Shown: in pieces, positions 35,765 to 50,314 of the stretch
How the letters are laid out: every line of letters begins with the position of its first letter
How positions within the stretch are numbered: position 1 is the stretch's first letter
Assembly: GCF_023055435.1 (NCBI RefSeq)
Contig: NW_025964001.1
Span: 45,756,001-45,820,000 of the forward strand
Direction of reading: 5' to 3'
From: Haliotis rufescens
Lineage: Eukaryota
Length of the DNA: 64,000 bases
Position numbers and translations under genes: made by a program
Notes under the pieces: generated by a model
What the model was told of the DNA's origin: nothing
The model's input: the letters and a program-made list of their open reading frames with translations, nothing else
Database searches by the model: none

Positions 35765-35910
35765 AGCCGCATCAAAAGACGTTAAAAGAGGGTACTTGTT
35801 GTTACCCTGCCTGGCGCGGGCTATAACAAAAGGGGGTCACACACGCATACACCACGCACGCACACACACGGACACACATATACATGTGCAATAATCTTGA
35901 AAGCGACGTA
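35765..35910 (+). mobile_element. Family M SINE fragment
   Basis: CAAAAGACGTTAAAAGAGGGTACTTGTTGTTACCCTGCCTGGCGC ... GCAATAATCTTGAAAGCGACGT. Confidence 0.7.
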
Positions 35911-36582
35911 TCAGCGAAAGGAAATCGCCGAGGAGAACACAATGTGACTGTGATAGGTGACGTGTTCTGAAGAAGGCAAGTGAGCGTTTAGTTTGAAAAC
36001 AACTTGACTTTGCTGCAGATCAGTTATCGCACCTTTAAGAGATCTTCAGTTCACTGGTCGGCTCCAGCGCCAGAGGGTAAGACTGCTGCAGCGACCTCTG
36101 TCCGCCCGAGACTCATCTGTTTAGTCGGAATCGTCATATTGATGTTCCTTTCCGTCTTAAACAGATTAGAGAAAGTGTAAAGTGTTTGAAGTCCCAGATG
36201 AAAGACTCGTGGCTATAACAACATTTTCATCGACATTAAATCTGCAAACACAATCTGCTTCTAATGGCGACACCAACACGATTTGCAGACGTTTTCCTGT
36301 AATATCCAAGGCGCGTGTATTTGCCGAGATTGTCGCCCCGACAAATTGCCTGCCTGCCAGCCAAACCAACCCTATGATGTATTGTGCTGGGCACGAGGAA
36401 CGAGTGTTGCCTCATTTCGACATCGCCAATCTACAACTGTTTGACTTAATTACTTTTATTGAATATTGATCACGGAAGTATGAAATGTACAACGTCTGAT
36501 ATGAAATCAACATCCTATTATCGGTTACAGATTTCCTAATATCCCAGTGGAATGCCTGGATGAAAGAGTCGACCACGTGCAA

Positions 36583-37240
36583 GAACTATTGGGATCTGTA
36601 GCCACACTAAACTATAAGGATCTGTAGCCACACTAAACTATTGGGATCTGTCGCCACGCTAAACTATTGAGATCTGTAGCCACACTAAACTATTGAGATC
36701 TGTCCCCACGCTAAACTATTGAGATCTGTAGCCACACTAAACTATTGGGATCTGTAGCCACGCTAAACTATTGAGATCTGTAGCCACACTAAACTATTGG
36801 GATCTGTAGCCACACTAAACTATTGGGATCTGTCGCCACGCTAAACTATTGAGATCTGTAGCCACACTAAACTATTGGGATCTGTCCCCACGCTAAACTA
36901 TTGAGATCTGTAGCCACACTAAACTATTGGGATCTGTAGCCACGCTAAACTATTGGGATCTGTAGCCACACTAAACTATTGGGATCTGTAGCCACGCTAA
37001 ACTATTGGGATCTGTAGCCACGCTAAACTATTGGGATCTGTCGCCACGCTAAACTATTGAGATCTGTAGCCACACTAAACTATTGGGATCTGTCGCCACG
37101 CTAAACTATTGGGATCTGTAGCCACACTAAACTATTGGGATCTGTAGCCACACTAAACTATTGGGATCTGTAGCCACACTAAACTATTGGGATCTGTCGC
37201 CACGCTAAACTATTGAGATCTGTCGCCACGCTCAACTATT
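36583..37240. repeat. 26-bp minisatellite (AAACTATTGGGATCTGTAGCCACACT)n
   Basis: Direct tandem repeats, period 26. Confidence 0.95.
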
Positions 37241-37374
37241 TGAGAGTTGGCTCTGCAGTGGCAATTAAAATATAAATTTCTGCGTCTATTTGAGAGTTCT
37301 TGAACTAATATCTCTCCTTCCCAGAAGTACATGGTTCATAACCACCCTGCTACCAAGGTATATACTACATATAT

Positions 37375-39425
37375 CTCCATTCACCACCAGGTACCCAGAT
37401 CCAGGTCTCCATCCATCACCGGGTACTCAGATCTCTGTGTCCATCACCAGGTACCCAGATCTCTGTGTCCATCACCAGGTACCCAGATCTCTGTGTCCAT
37501 CACCAGGTACCCAGATCTCTGTCTCCATCACCAGGTACCCAGATCTCTGTCTCCATCAACAGGTACCCAGATCTCTGTCGCCATCACCAGGTACTCAGAT
37601 CTCTGTGTCCATCACCAGGTACCCAGATCTATGTCTCCATCACCAGGTACCCAGATCTCAGTCTCCATCAACAGGTACCAAGATCTCTGTCTCCATCAAC
37701 AGGTACCCAGATCTATGTCTCCATCCATCACCGGGTACCCAGATCTCTGTCTCCATCACCAGGTACCCAGATCTGTGTCTCCATCACCGGCTACCCAGAT
37801 CTCTGTCTCCATCACCGGCTACCCAAATCTGTGTCTCCATCACCAGGTACCCAGATCTCTGTCTCCATCACCAGGTACCCAGATCTCTGTCTCCATCACC
37901 AGGTACCCAAATCTCTGTCTCCATCACCAGGTACCCAGATCTCTGTCTCCATCAACAGGTACCAAGATCTCTGTCTCCATCAACAGGTACCCAGAGCTAC
38001 GTCTCCATCCATCACCGGGTACCAAGATCTCTGTCTCCATCACCAGGTACCCAGATCTATGTCTCAATCACCGGCTACCCAAATCTGAGTCTCCATCACC
38101 AGGTACCCAAATTTGTGTCTCCATCACTGGCTACCCACAACTCTGTCTCCATCACCAGGTACCCAGATCTATGTCTCCATCACCAGGTACCCAGATCTAT
38201 GTCTCCATCCATCACCGGCTACACAGATCTATGTCTCCAGCACCAGGTACCCAGATCTATGTCTCCATCCATCACCGGCTACACAGATCTATGTCTCCAG
38301 CACCAGGTACCCAGATCTATGTCTCCATCCATCACCGGCTACACAGATCTATGTCTCCAGCACCAGGTACCCAGATCTATGTCTCCATCCATCACCAGGT
38401 ACCCAGATCTATGTCTCCATCCATCACCGGCTACACAGATCTATGTCTCCAGCACCAGGTACCCAGATCTATGTCTCCATCCATCACCGGCTACACAGAT
38501 CTATGTCTCCAGCACCAGGTACCCAGATCTATGTCTCCATCCAACACCAGGTACCCAGATCTATGTCTCCATCCATCACCGGCTACACAGATCTATGTCT
38601 CAAGCACCAGGTACCCAGATCTATGTCTCCATCCATCACCGGCTACACAGATCTATGTCTCCAGCACCAGGTACCCAGATCTCTGTCTCCATCCATCACC
38701 GGCTACACAGATCTATGTCTCCAGCACCAGGTACCCAGATCTATGTCTCCATCCATCACCGGCTACACAGATCTATGTCTCCATCACCAGGTACCCAGAT
38801 CTATGTCTCCATCCATCACCGGCTACACAGATCTATGTCTCCAGCACCAGGTACCCAGATCTATGTCTCCATCCATCACCGGCTACACAGATCTATGTCT
38901 CCAGCACCAGGTACCCAGATCTATGTCTCCATCCATCACCGGCTACACAGATCTATGTCTCCAGCACCAGGTACTCAGATCTATGTCTCCATCCATCACC
39001 GGCTACACAGATCTATGTCTCCAGCACCAGGTACCCAGATCTATGTCTCCATCCATCACCGGCTACACAGATCTATGTCTCCAGCACCAGGTACTCAGAT
39101 CTATGTCTCCATCCATCACCGGCTACACAGATCTATGTCTCCAGCACCAGGTACCCAGATATATGTCTCCATCCATCACCGGCTACACAGATCTATGTCT
39201 CCAGCACCAGGTACCCAGATCTGTGTCTCCGTCATCACCAGGTACCCAGATCTATGTCTCCATCCATCACCAGGTACCCAGATATATGTCTCCATCCATC
39301 ACCAGGTACCCAGATCTGTGTCTCCGTCATCACCAGGTACCCAGTTATATGTCTCCATCCATCACCAGGTACCCAGATCTCTCTCTCTCTCCATCCATCA
39401 CCAGGTACCCAGATCTATGTCTCCG
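37375..39425. repeat. 28/32-bp minisatellite (CCATCACCAGGTACCCAGATCTCTGTCT)n becoming a 60-bp higher-order unit
   Basis: Direct tandem repeats; near-identical 60-nt lines 38221-38400 and 38581-39200. Confidence 0.95.
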
Positions 39426-41960
39426 TCCCGTCGTCAGATACTTCTACCCATTTAGAAACACGTGTCTAAGACAAACTATTTTATATAACCTCTATCCAAT
39501 TGACAAATACCCCGGGATTCCCACTTTAAATACCCATAGTTGAAACTGACATGACATGACACATATATTTAGACAGCAACAACTGTCCAATCAGAAGTAT
39601 TGGTTTATTAAATGCATACTGGCTGCGATGTTGTCACGTGTTCATCAGCCTATACGATAACATTGAATCTCCCGGGTGTATATGTCTATCTTGACCACCT
39701 CTTTTTTCACTTGTTCCTTGTTCAGATGAGGTTAGTGAATACATAGACCGACATTTAGTTATATCTCAATGAAAAAATATATAGTTACAAAATATAAACT
39801 ATATAAGTCCAAATGGAGCCCAGAACAATCCTTAACTTCCTCGCGCTGAGGTAATATAGGCTTGCCAAATCATTCTAGACTGGAGTTGGACTCCTTTTTC
39901 AATTTATTTTCAAGGTTCTGGGAGACAAACGAAGGCACGACAGCATGTGAAGGGGAATGGCACTTTGGGGTATATTTTACATGCGCTTCTGTATCCGAAC
40001 CACAGAGTACCTGAGTTGAGGCACTGGCGTTTCAGCTGTAAGGTCCCGTGTTGGAGGAGGCTGCAGCGTGTCGTCAGATAAATGTGACCAGGCCTACTGT
40101 AGGTCGAGGTGTAGTCCATGGTCTATTCGTAGGCACAGTTTCAGGGGATCGTGTGACGTGGAAATATCTCTGTTTTGTAGGAGTGACATGGCGTGATCTC
40201 CGTGATTAACCATACAGGAAATGAATAAAGTGTGTGAATAAGTGAATTTTAATTATATGTACTGAAGTATAGAAATGTGAACGATACAGAGATTTTCGTC
40301 ACTTTTTACATAAAAAAATATTGTTTGAATAAACGTGCACATTAGCTCAAATCTCGATATAGAAAAATGTGTTTATGTAAGCACAACGCGCGGGAGTGAT
40401 CTCCCTTTGACCATAAACCCCTGCAGATGTACTTCAACCCAGTTGTTTATCAACCAGAACTGCGCTGGTAAAGATGGTGTTTCATAGCTATATACCAGTA
40501 TTTACCTCACTCTACTTGCCATTCTACCCACTACGCAACCAGTGACGTCTAACTACCAAAGTAATACCATTATCAGAACTATATCAATTACATTATCAGT
40601 GTTGACATTTGAACCAGTTAGATCTAAATGACTGTTTCTATCGTGGTGTTGTATTCGCAGTCCTAGGGCTGAATTTTTATTTTGTCGAAAACTACCGTTG
40701 ATATCCCGGACTGAAAGCCATCAGAAGTGGACGCCACGCTTCCTCGGGGCTTCGTCTGCGAAGGTGACACATCACCTACCCACATGGAGAAATTATGCAA
40801 ATTAATATAATTGCGTAGTCAGCCTGTATTTGTTTCATCGTATGTCACGAACTCCTTTTCACAATCAATATTTCACACCGCTATAGATATTTTCTATAAG
40901 TAGCCATAAATCAGTGTTTATCAGGCGTGAAAAACATTATGACTTTATAAATACTCCCCGCAATTTCTACATGGTTCTGCCTTTCTTTTGTATGTGATAA
41001 GCAATGACACTGCCGCTTGAACTGCAATGTTTAACCAAGATAGGCTGCTGCTTCACGGGGAAATAATGCTGCTCACAGTTTTTGAAATCTCATAAATTGC
41101 ATCCAACAATTGTTCAAAATCACATCTGATTTAAGTTGTATGACGTGCTGCACACAAATAATTCAATTATACAAACTATCCAATAGACCACAGGGTTGGA
41201 TCCAGGTGTGTGTGTGCACTTAAAATGCAAACATTCTAGCACATGATTCGGACAACAGTTTACGTTTTCAGTCAAATAACTTTAACTTAAATTATCAAGT
41301 GATTTAATACTATTATATGTTTCTTAATGTCAACATCATTAAAGAAGCTGGGGGTATATTTGGGTGGGTGGTCTTCATTAACAAAATGCGCAATTAAATC
41401 CTTACAACACAGTAAAGGGAAATAAATAAGATCATGAGATCTTCAGCGTATTCCTTCTGAGCTTATCGTTACACTCATGGGTTAATCAGCTTTAACCTTC
41501 ATATGACTGTTCTTCTATTACAGAAGGCAAATTCCCTTTGTTGTTTTAACAAAGTGTGGGGGTATTGGGTGGAAGGGTTTGGGGAGACAATCGTGCGCAC
41601 CCAGCCAACTAGGCTGTTTTGAGTGATTCCTGTCGACATGTTACTACACACGTCGTTAGGGAAGTCGGGTGTGACGTCATGATATCACCACAAGCAATTC
41701 CAGCTTGTCATTATTATCGGTGGTTTAGCCTTGTGGTCACAGCGTTCTCACCCAGAAACCATGCCACATCCGGGCCCCTGATACCATAGCACAGCTGACT
41801 ACCTGCAAACTGCGCACACATTACCCAGGACTAAAGTAGTGCTAGTTTGAATCCAAAAACCAATTGTGTTGCCATGGAGATGCGCATTGTCACGAAGTAC
41901 TGATGTCAAAGACTAAGTCACGTGACCTAAAACAAGGCTGAATGGTGGGGTTGGATGCAG

Positions 41961-41985
41961 CAGAGACCATATAATATGGTCTCTG
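41961..41985. mobile_element. 25-bp perfect palindrome with 7-bp TSD (putative P-superfamily excision footprint)
   Basis: GATGCAG-CAGAGACCATAT-A-ATATGGTCTCTG-GATGCAG. Confidence 0.75.
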
Positions 41986-43562
41986 GATGCAGAGAGATAA
42001 TTTCTTATTTCTTGTGATTTATTGGGCTTAATGATTTTAATGGATAGAGAAACATGTTTCGATTATGAAAAGTGTTTAGATACTAAAAAACTAGCCGCAA
42101 ACTGTGTATTTATTATTTGAATACATCGGGTCTAAAGGTTAACACGTGTCTGGTATGTGGGAAACCGTTGTAGTTGTGTACCGTGGATGTACACACCGAG
42201 GATGTCTTTGGAACTGCTAGGAGCGGCTCTGTTACTGACAAAGATGTGCTGTAGTAGGCAATATCGGGTGGAATGGCCTGATGTGTTTGATCTTGTTTGA
42301 CTGTATAATCTTCAGTGTGCAGACAGCAGGGCGTGTCTTCATGCATGGCGGGCACACACACATCAGGCCAGCACGTGGATACGCATATTAACAAGAAACG
42401 GTCGTTTATGAACTCATGGTCCATACTTGCTACACACCTTACTGTCCTAATTTGTACACCTTGTGTGAAAAGGGTTCTACGAGTATTTGTGCAAATATAT
42501 ATGTACAAGTGTTCCCATCAATACACAATAATTCCAATATAAGAATTCAAACGGGGAGGCTTTTAACGGCAGCACACTGTTGAGTGTTGCTTCTGTCTGT
42601 GAACTTGTCCAGGAAGAAGACCAGGTGGGTGTGACGTCAGAGATCACGCGGAGATAATACAACCCACCATCCGTGAAATACGAAGCGCGGCGTTGTATGT
42701 CAATATCTATTATAAGCGTCAGTCACGACATTTTAAGAGGGAGGACAGGATTCGCAATTGTTCAGTTTTCTGAACACGCATTCTTAGATGATGGTACACG
42801 AAGAAGCAGACATGTGATCTGGAGAAATGAGATTCCATGATGAATGTGGCGTTTTCCCGACCGACTGTCAACTGATTTCACTCATTCTCACTTATGAAGG
42901 GTCTACAATCGAAACGTGTGATGACTTTCATATATGGTGTTTTATTTGCAGATTTCATTAACACCATTTGTGTTTTAGATGTGCAGCAGTGTCCTGCAGA
43001 TGACCAACACGCCTTTATTGTTGCTTATAACCTACATTATCACGAACGTATCAAGTGAAAAATACATGCACTAAGTTTCAAATAATGTATAAAACAAATA
43101 AACGTTTATCATATGCATGTTAACATGGGGCCGTGTCTACTTTATAAGTAGTTGATTAAAACTTGGATTATTTGAATCATACAGCTATCTTCTTTTATAT
43201 CGTAATGTTTAGTTTTTCTTCAATAACGAAATGTTCCCTCACACATCCTTATGATAATATGTATGATGTTTAGACGCTAGAACGTTCAAGTTGACGACCG
43301 TGACGATACAGGGACGGCCGGATGAACCTGGCTTAGTTCCTGCACAGTGCGATACTTGCTGAAACATCAATGGCGTGACTCACAATACTGCGGAACATGC
43401 CTTTTCTACTGTGGAGGATTATCTAAGCAGATACATGTAGTGCGACTTGAAATATCATTTGGCATGAATCTTAATTTAATGTTATGTTTAGAAACTATGG
43501 AATTTGTACGGGGGATACACTCATGCTGTCTCGCGTATCACCACTGTCCGACTAGACTGCAT

Positions 43563-43587
43563 CAGAGACCATATAATAGATACTCTG
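43563..43587. mobile_element. 25-bp palindrome of the same family with a different 7-bp TSD
   Basis: ACTGCAT-CAGAGACCATATAATAGATACTCTG-ACTGCAT. Confidence 0.75.
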
Positions 43588-44465
43588 ACTGCATGTACAC
43601 CAGTAACGCTCATTGATGATCGACAATGCAAATAGGAGGATAATAGTTAATCATAAATAAAACAAAAAATAGATAGTATTTCAGATCATTCTCTAAAGTA
43701 TGTGGAAGGACCCTATGAACAATGTTTATGTTTTTGGGACAGTTAATCTGTACTGATACTGAGTCCTTTCGCTTCCTAATTCGAGTTTATTATCCCCCTC
43801 CATGAAGTGTAAGGGGGATATAGGATTTGGTGCCGTCCGTCCGTCCGTCACATTTCCTTTCCGGAGCAGAACACAAAAACCATGAGAGATATCTTAACCA
43901 AACTTGGCACATAGATAGGTCTAGTGGTGAACTGGTGCCTTTTGATAGTTTGGGATTTTTAGAAAATATATTTTTTGAGTTTCCCTGGCAACGACTTTAA
44001 CTTAGACTGAAAATGGCGGTAGTCCTCGTTTCCGGAGCAGATATTGAAAACCGAACAATATTTCTTCACCAAACTTGGCACATAAATAGATCTAGTGGAA
44101 AATTGGTGAAATTTGATACTTTGGGATTTTTGAAAGAATATTTTTCGATTTTCCATGGCAACGACTTTGACTAACACTGAAAATACCCAAACTTGGCACA
44201 GATCTTGAAAAACGTACAATATTTCTTCCAAACTTGGCATATAAATAGGTCTAGTGGTAAAATGGTGCCTTTTGATAGTTTGGAAGTTTTTACGAATGTT
44301 TCCTTCGAAAGAGCCTAACTCGGAAACCGTTTACATATTCTCAAAAACATCTGCGTACGGTTGTCTGAGAACCGTTACTATAATTACCTAATTGAGATGT
44401 ATACCACTTGACAAAGGAACTTGGTCAATGTATATGGTGAATTATTGTGAAAATACAATTTACAA

Positions 44466-47400
44466 GTGGCACCCGAACCAGCCTATTTCATCGCAGTGCA
44501 TGGTGGTAACATGAACAGTGGCACCCGAACCAGACAACTTCCTCACAGTGGGTACCGGTAACATGAACAGGTCCACCCCGAACCAGCCTACTTCCTCACA
44601 GTGGGTATCGGTAACATGAACAGGGGCACCCGAACCAGCCTACTTCCTCACAGTGGGTACTGGTAACATAAACAGTGGCACCCGAACCAGCCTACTTCCT
44701 CACAGTGGGAAGTGGTAACATGAACAGTGGCACCCGAACCAGCCTACTTCCTCACAGTGGGTACTGGTAACATGAACAGTGGCACCCGAACCAGCCTACT
44801 TCCTCGCAGTGGGTACTGGTAACATGAACAGGGGCACCCGAACAAGCCTTCTTCCTCACAGTGGGTAGTGGTAACATGAACAGTGGCACCCGAACCAGCC
44901 TACTTCCTCACATTGGGTACCGGTAACATGAACAGTGGCACCCGAACCAGCCTACTTCCTCACATTGGGTACCGGTAACATGAACAGTGGCACCCGAACC
45001 AGCCTACTTCCTCACAGTGGGTACCGGTAACATGAACAGTGGCACCCGAACCAGCCTACTTCCTCACAGTGGGTACTGGTAACATGAACAGGGGCACCCG
45101 AACCAGCCTTCTTCCTCACAGTGGGTACCGGTAACATGAACAGTGGCACCCCGAACCAGCCTTCTTCCTCGCAGTGAATACTGGTAACATGAACAGGGGC
45201 ACCCGAACAAGCCTACTTCCTCACAGTGGGTAGTGGTAACATGAACAGTGGCACCCGAACCAGCCTACTTCCTCACATTGGGTACCGGTAACATGAACAG
45301 TGGCACCCGAACCAGCCTACTTCCTCACATTGGGTACCGGTAACATGAACAGTGGCCCCCGAACCAGCCTACTTCCTCACAGTGGGTACCGGTAACATGA
45401 ACAGGGGCACCCGAACCAGCCTACTTCCTCACAGTGGGTACTGGTAACATGAACAGGGGCACCCGAACCAGTCTACTTCCTCACAGTGGGTACTAGTAAC
45501 ATGAACAGTGGCACCCGAACCAGCCTACTTCCTCACAGTGGGTACCGGTAACATGAACAGGGGCACCCGAACCAGCCTACTTCCTCACAGTGGGTACTGG
45601 TAACATGAACAGGGGTACCAGAACCAGCCTACTTCCTCACATTGGGTACCGGTAACATGAACAGTGGCACCCGAACCAGCCTACTTCCTCACAGTGGGTA
45701 CTGGTCCCATGAACAGGGCCACCCCGAACCAGCCTACTTCCTCACAGTGGGTACCAGTAACATGAACAGGGCCACCCCGAACCAGCCTACTTCCTCACAG
45801 TGGGTACCGGTAACATGAACAGTGGCACCCGAACCAGCCTACTTCCTCACAGTGGGTACCGGTAACATGAACAGTGGCACCCGAACCAGCCTAATTCCTC
45901 ACAGTGGGTACTGGTAACATAAACAGGGCCACCCCGAACCAGCCTACTTCCTCACAGTGGGTGCTGGTAACATGAACAGGGGCACCCGAACCAGCCTACT
46001 TCCTCGCAGTGCATGCCAGTAACATGAACAGTGGCACCCCGAACCAGCCTAGTTCCTCACAGTGGGTACTGGTAACATGAACAGTGGCACCCGAACCAGC
46101 CTACTTCCTCACAGTGGGTACCGGTAACATGAACAGTGGCACCCGAACCAGCCTAGTTCCTCACAGTGGGTACCGGTAACATGAACAGGGGCAGCCGAAC
46201 CAGCCTACTTCCTCACAGTGGGTACTGGTAACATGAACAGGGCCACCCCGAACCAGCCTACTTCCTCACAGTGGGTACCGGTAACATGAACAGTGGCACC
46301 TGAACAAGCCTACTTCCTCACAGTGGGTACCGGTCACATGAACAGGGGCACCCCGAACCAGCCTACTTCCTCACAGTGGGTACTGGTAACATGAACAGTG
46401 GCACCCGAACCAGCCTACTTCCTCACAGTGGGTACTGGTAACATGAACAGGGCCACCCCGAACCAGGCTACTTCCTCACAGTGGGTACCGGTAACATGAA
46501 CAGGGGCACCCGAACAAGCCTACTTCCTCACAGTGGGTACCAGTAACATGAACAGTGGCACCTGAACCAGCCTACTTCCTCACAGTGGGTAGTGGTAACA
46601 TGAACAGTGGCACCCGAACCAGCCTACTTCCTCACAGTGGGTACCGGTAACATGAACAGTGGCACCCGAACCAGCCTACTTCCTCACAGTGGGTACCAGT
46701 AACATGAACAGGGGCACCCCGAACCAGCCTACTTTCTCACAGTGGGTACCAGTAACATGAACAGTAGCACCTGAACCAGCCTACTTCCTCACAGTGGGTA
46801 CCAGTAACATGAACAGTGGCACCCGAACCAGCCTACTTCCTCACAGTGGGTACCAGTAACATGAACAGTGGCACCCGAACCAGCCTACTTCCTCACAGTG
46901 GGTACCGGTAACATGAACAGGGGCACCCTGAACCAGCCTACTTCCTCACAGTGGGTACCGGTAACATGAACAGTGGCACCCGAACCAGCCTACTTCCTCA
47001 CAGTGGGTACTGGTAACATGAACAGGGGCACCCGAACCAGCCTACTTCCTCACAGTGGGTACTGGTAACATGAACAGTGGCACCCGAACCAGCCTAATTC
47101 CTCACAGTGGGTACTGGTAACATGAACAGGGCCACCCCGAACCAGCCTACTTCCTCACAGTGGGTACCAGTAACATGAACAGGGCCACCCCGAACCAGCC
47201 TACTTCCTCACAGTGGGTACCGGTAACATGAACAGTGGCACCCGAACCAGCCTACTTCCTCGCAGTGCATGCCAGTAACATGAACAGTGGCACCCCGAAC
47301 TAGCCTACTTCCTCACAGTGGGTACCGGTAACATGAACAGTGGCACCCGAATCAGCCTAGTTCCTCACAGTGGGTACTGGTAACATGAACAGGGCCACCC

Positions 47401-50301
47401 CGAACCAGCCTACTTCCTCACAGTGGGTACCGGTAACATGAACAGGGGCACCCGAACCAGCCTACTTCCTCGCAGTGCATGCCAGTAACATGAACAGTGG
47501 CACCCCGAACCAGCCTACTTCCTCACAGTGGGTAGTGGTAACATGAACAGTGGCACCCGAACCAGCCTACTTCCTCACAGTGGGTACCGGTAACATGAAC
47601 AGTGGCACCCGAACCAGCCTAGTTCCTCACAGTGGGTACCGGTAACATGAACAGTGGCACCCGAACCAGCCTACTTCCTCACAGTGGGTACTGGTAACAT
47701 GAACAGGGCCACCCCGAACCAGCCTCCTTCCTCACAGTGGGTACTGGTAACATGAACAGGGGCACCCGAACCAGCCTACTTCCTCACAGTGGGTACCGGT
47801 AACATGAACAGTGGCACCCGAACCAGCCTACTTCCTCACAGTTGGTACTGGTAACATGAACAGGGGCACCCTGAACCAGCCTACTTCCTCACAGTGGGTA
47901 CTGGTAACATGAACAGGGCCACCCCGAACCAGGCTACTTCCTCACAGTGGGTACCAGTAACATGAACAGTGGCACCTGAACAAGCCTACTTCCTCACAGT
48001 GGGTACCGGTCACATGAAAAGGGGCACCCCGAACCAGCCTACTTCCTCACAGTGGGTACTGGTAACATGAACAGGGGCACCCGAACCAGCCTACTTCCTC
48101 ACAGTGGGTACTGGTAACATGAACAGGTCCACCCCGAACCAGCCTACTTCCTCACAGTGGGTACCGGTAACATGAACAGGGGCACCCGAACAAGCCTACT
48201 TCCTCACAGTGGGTACCGGTCACATGAACAGGGGCACCCCGAACCAGCCTACTTCCTCACAGTGGGTACCGGTAACATGAACAGTGGCACCTGAACCAGC
48301 CTACTTCCTCACAGTGGGTACTGGTAACATGAACAGTGGCACCTGAACCAGCCTACTTCCTCACAGTGGGTACCAGTAACATGAACAGGGCCACCCCGAA
48401 CCAGCCTACTTCCTCACAGTGGGTAGTGGTAACATGAACAGTGGCACCCGAACCAGCCTACTTCCTCACAGTGGGTACCGGTAACATGAACAGTGGCACC
48501 CGAACCAGCCTACTTCCTCACAGTGGGTACTGGTAACATGAACAGGGCCACCCCGAACCAGCCTACTTCCTCACAGTGGGTACCGGTAACATGAACAGTG
48601 GCACCCGAACCAGCCTACTTCCTCACAGTGGGTACCGGTAACATGAACAGTGGCACCCGAACCAGCCTACTTCCTCACAGTGGGTACCGGTAACATGAAC
48701 AGTGGCACCCGAACCAGCCTAGTTCCTCACAGTGGGTACTGGTAACATGAACAGGGCCACCCCGAACCAGCCTACTTCCTCACAGTGGGTACCGGTAACA
48801 TGAACAGGGGCACCCGAACCAGCCTACTTCCTCGCAGTGCATGCCAGTAACATGAACAGTGGCACCCCGAACCAGCCTACTTCCTCACAGTGGGTAGTGG
48901 TAACATGAACAGTGGCACCCGAACCAGCCTACTTCCTCACAGTGGGTACCGGTAACATGAACAGTGGCACCCGAACCAGCCTAGTTCCTCACAGTGGGTA
49001 CCGGTAACATGAACAGTGGCACCCGAACCAGCCTACTTCCTCACAGTGGGTACTGGTAACATGAACAGGGCCACCCCGAACCAGCCTCCTTCCTCACAGT
49101 GGGTACTGGTAACATGAACAGGGGCACCCGAACCAGCCTACTTCCTCACAGTGGGTACCGGTAACATGAACAGTGGCACCCGAACCAGCCTACTTCCTCA
49201 CAGTTGGTACTGGTAACATGAACAGGGGCACCCTGAACCAGCCTACTTCCTCACAGTGGGTACTGGTAACATGAACAGGGCCACCCCGAACCAGGCTACT
49301 TCCTCACAGTGGGTACCAGTAACATGAACAGTGGCACCTGAACCAGCCTACTTCCTCACAGTGGGTAGTGGTAACATGAACAGTGGCACCCGAACCAGCC
49401 TACTTCCTCACAGTGGGTACCGGTAACATGAACAGGGGCACCCCGAACCAGCCTACTTCCTCACAGTGGGTACCAGTAACATGAACAGTGGCACCCGAAC
49501 CAGCCTACTTCCTCACAGTGGGTACCAGTAACATGAACAGTGGCACCTGAACCAGCCTACTTCCTCACAGTGGGTACTGGTAACATGAACAGGGGCACCC
49601 GAACCAGCCTACTTCCTCACAGTGGGTACCGGTAACATGAACAGGGGCACCCTGAACCAGCCTACTTCCTCACAGTGGGTACCGGTAACATGAACAGTGG
49701 CACCCGAACCAGCCTACTTCCTCACAGTGGGTACCGGTAACATGAACAGTGGCACCCGAACCAGCCTACTTCCTCACAGTGGGTACTGGTAACATGAACA
49801 GTGGCACCTGAACCAGCCTACTTCCTCACAGTGGGTACCAGTAACATGAACAGTGGCACCTGAACCAGCCTACTTCCTCACAGTGGGTACCAGTAACATG
49901 AACAGGGGCACCCGAACCAGCCTACTTCCTCACAGTGGGTACCGGTAACATGAACAGTGGCACCCGAACCAGCCTACTTCCTCACAGTGGGTACTGGTAA
50001 CATGAACAGTGGCACCTGAACCAGCCTACTTCCTCACAGTGGGTACCAGTAACATGAACAGTGGCACCTGAACCAGCCTACTTCCTCACAGTGGGTACCA
50101 GTAACATGAACAGGGGCACCCGAACCAGCCTACTTCCTCACAGTGGGTACCGGTAACATGAACAGTGGCACCCGAACCAGCCTACTTCCTCACAGTGGGT
50201 ACCGGTCACATGAACAGTGGCACCCGAACAAGCCTACTTCCTCACAGTGGGTACCGGTAACATGAACAGTGGCACCCGAACCAGCCAACTACCTCGCAGT
50301 G
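44466..50301. repeat. 52-bp satellite array (GTGGCACCCGAACCAGCCTACTTCCTCACAGTGGGTACCGGTAACATGAACA), about 110 copies
   Basis: Direct tandem repeats of 52-53 bp. Confidence 0.97.
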
Positions 50302-50314
50302 TAAGTTTGTTTGT

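Noticed and set aside
37290-39543. 721-aa and 712-aa ORFs
   Set aside because: Overlap in all three frames of a 28/32-bp repeat whose unit is not a multiple of 3; not called as CDS
36019-40230. Splice-like signals (AG/GT around 36019-36077, 39726-39730, acceptor near 39914, AATAAA near 40224)
   Set aside because: No consistent reading frame or recognisable protein; cannot be distinguished from chance without RNA data
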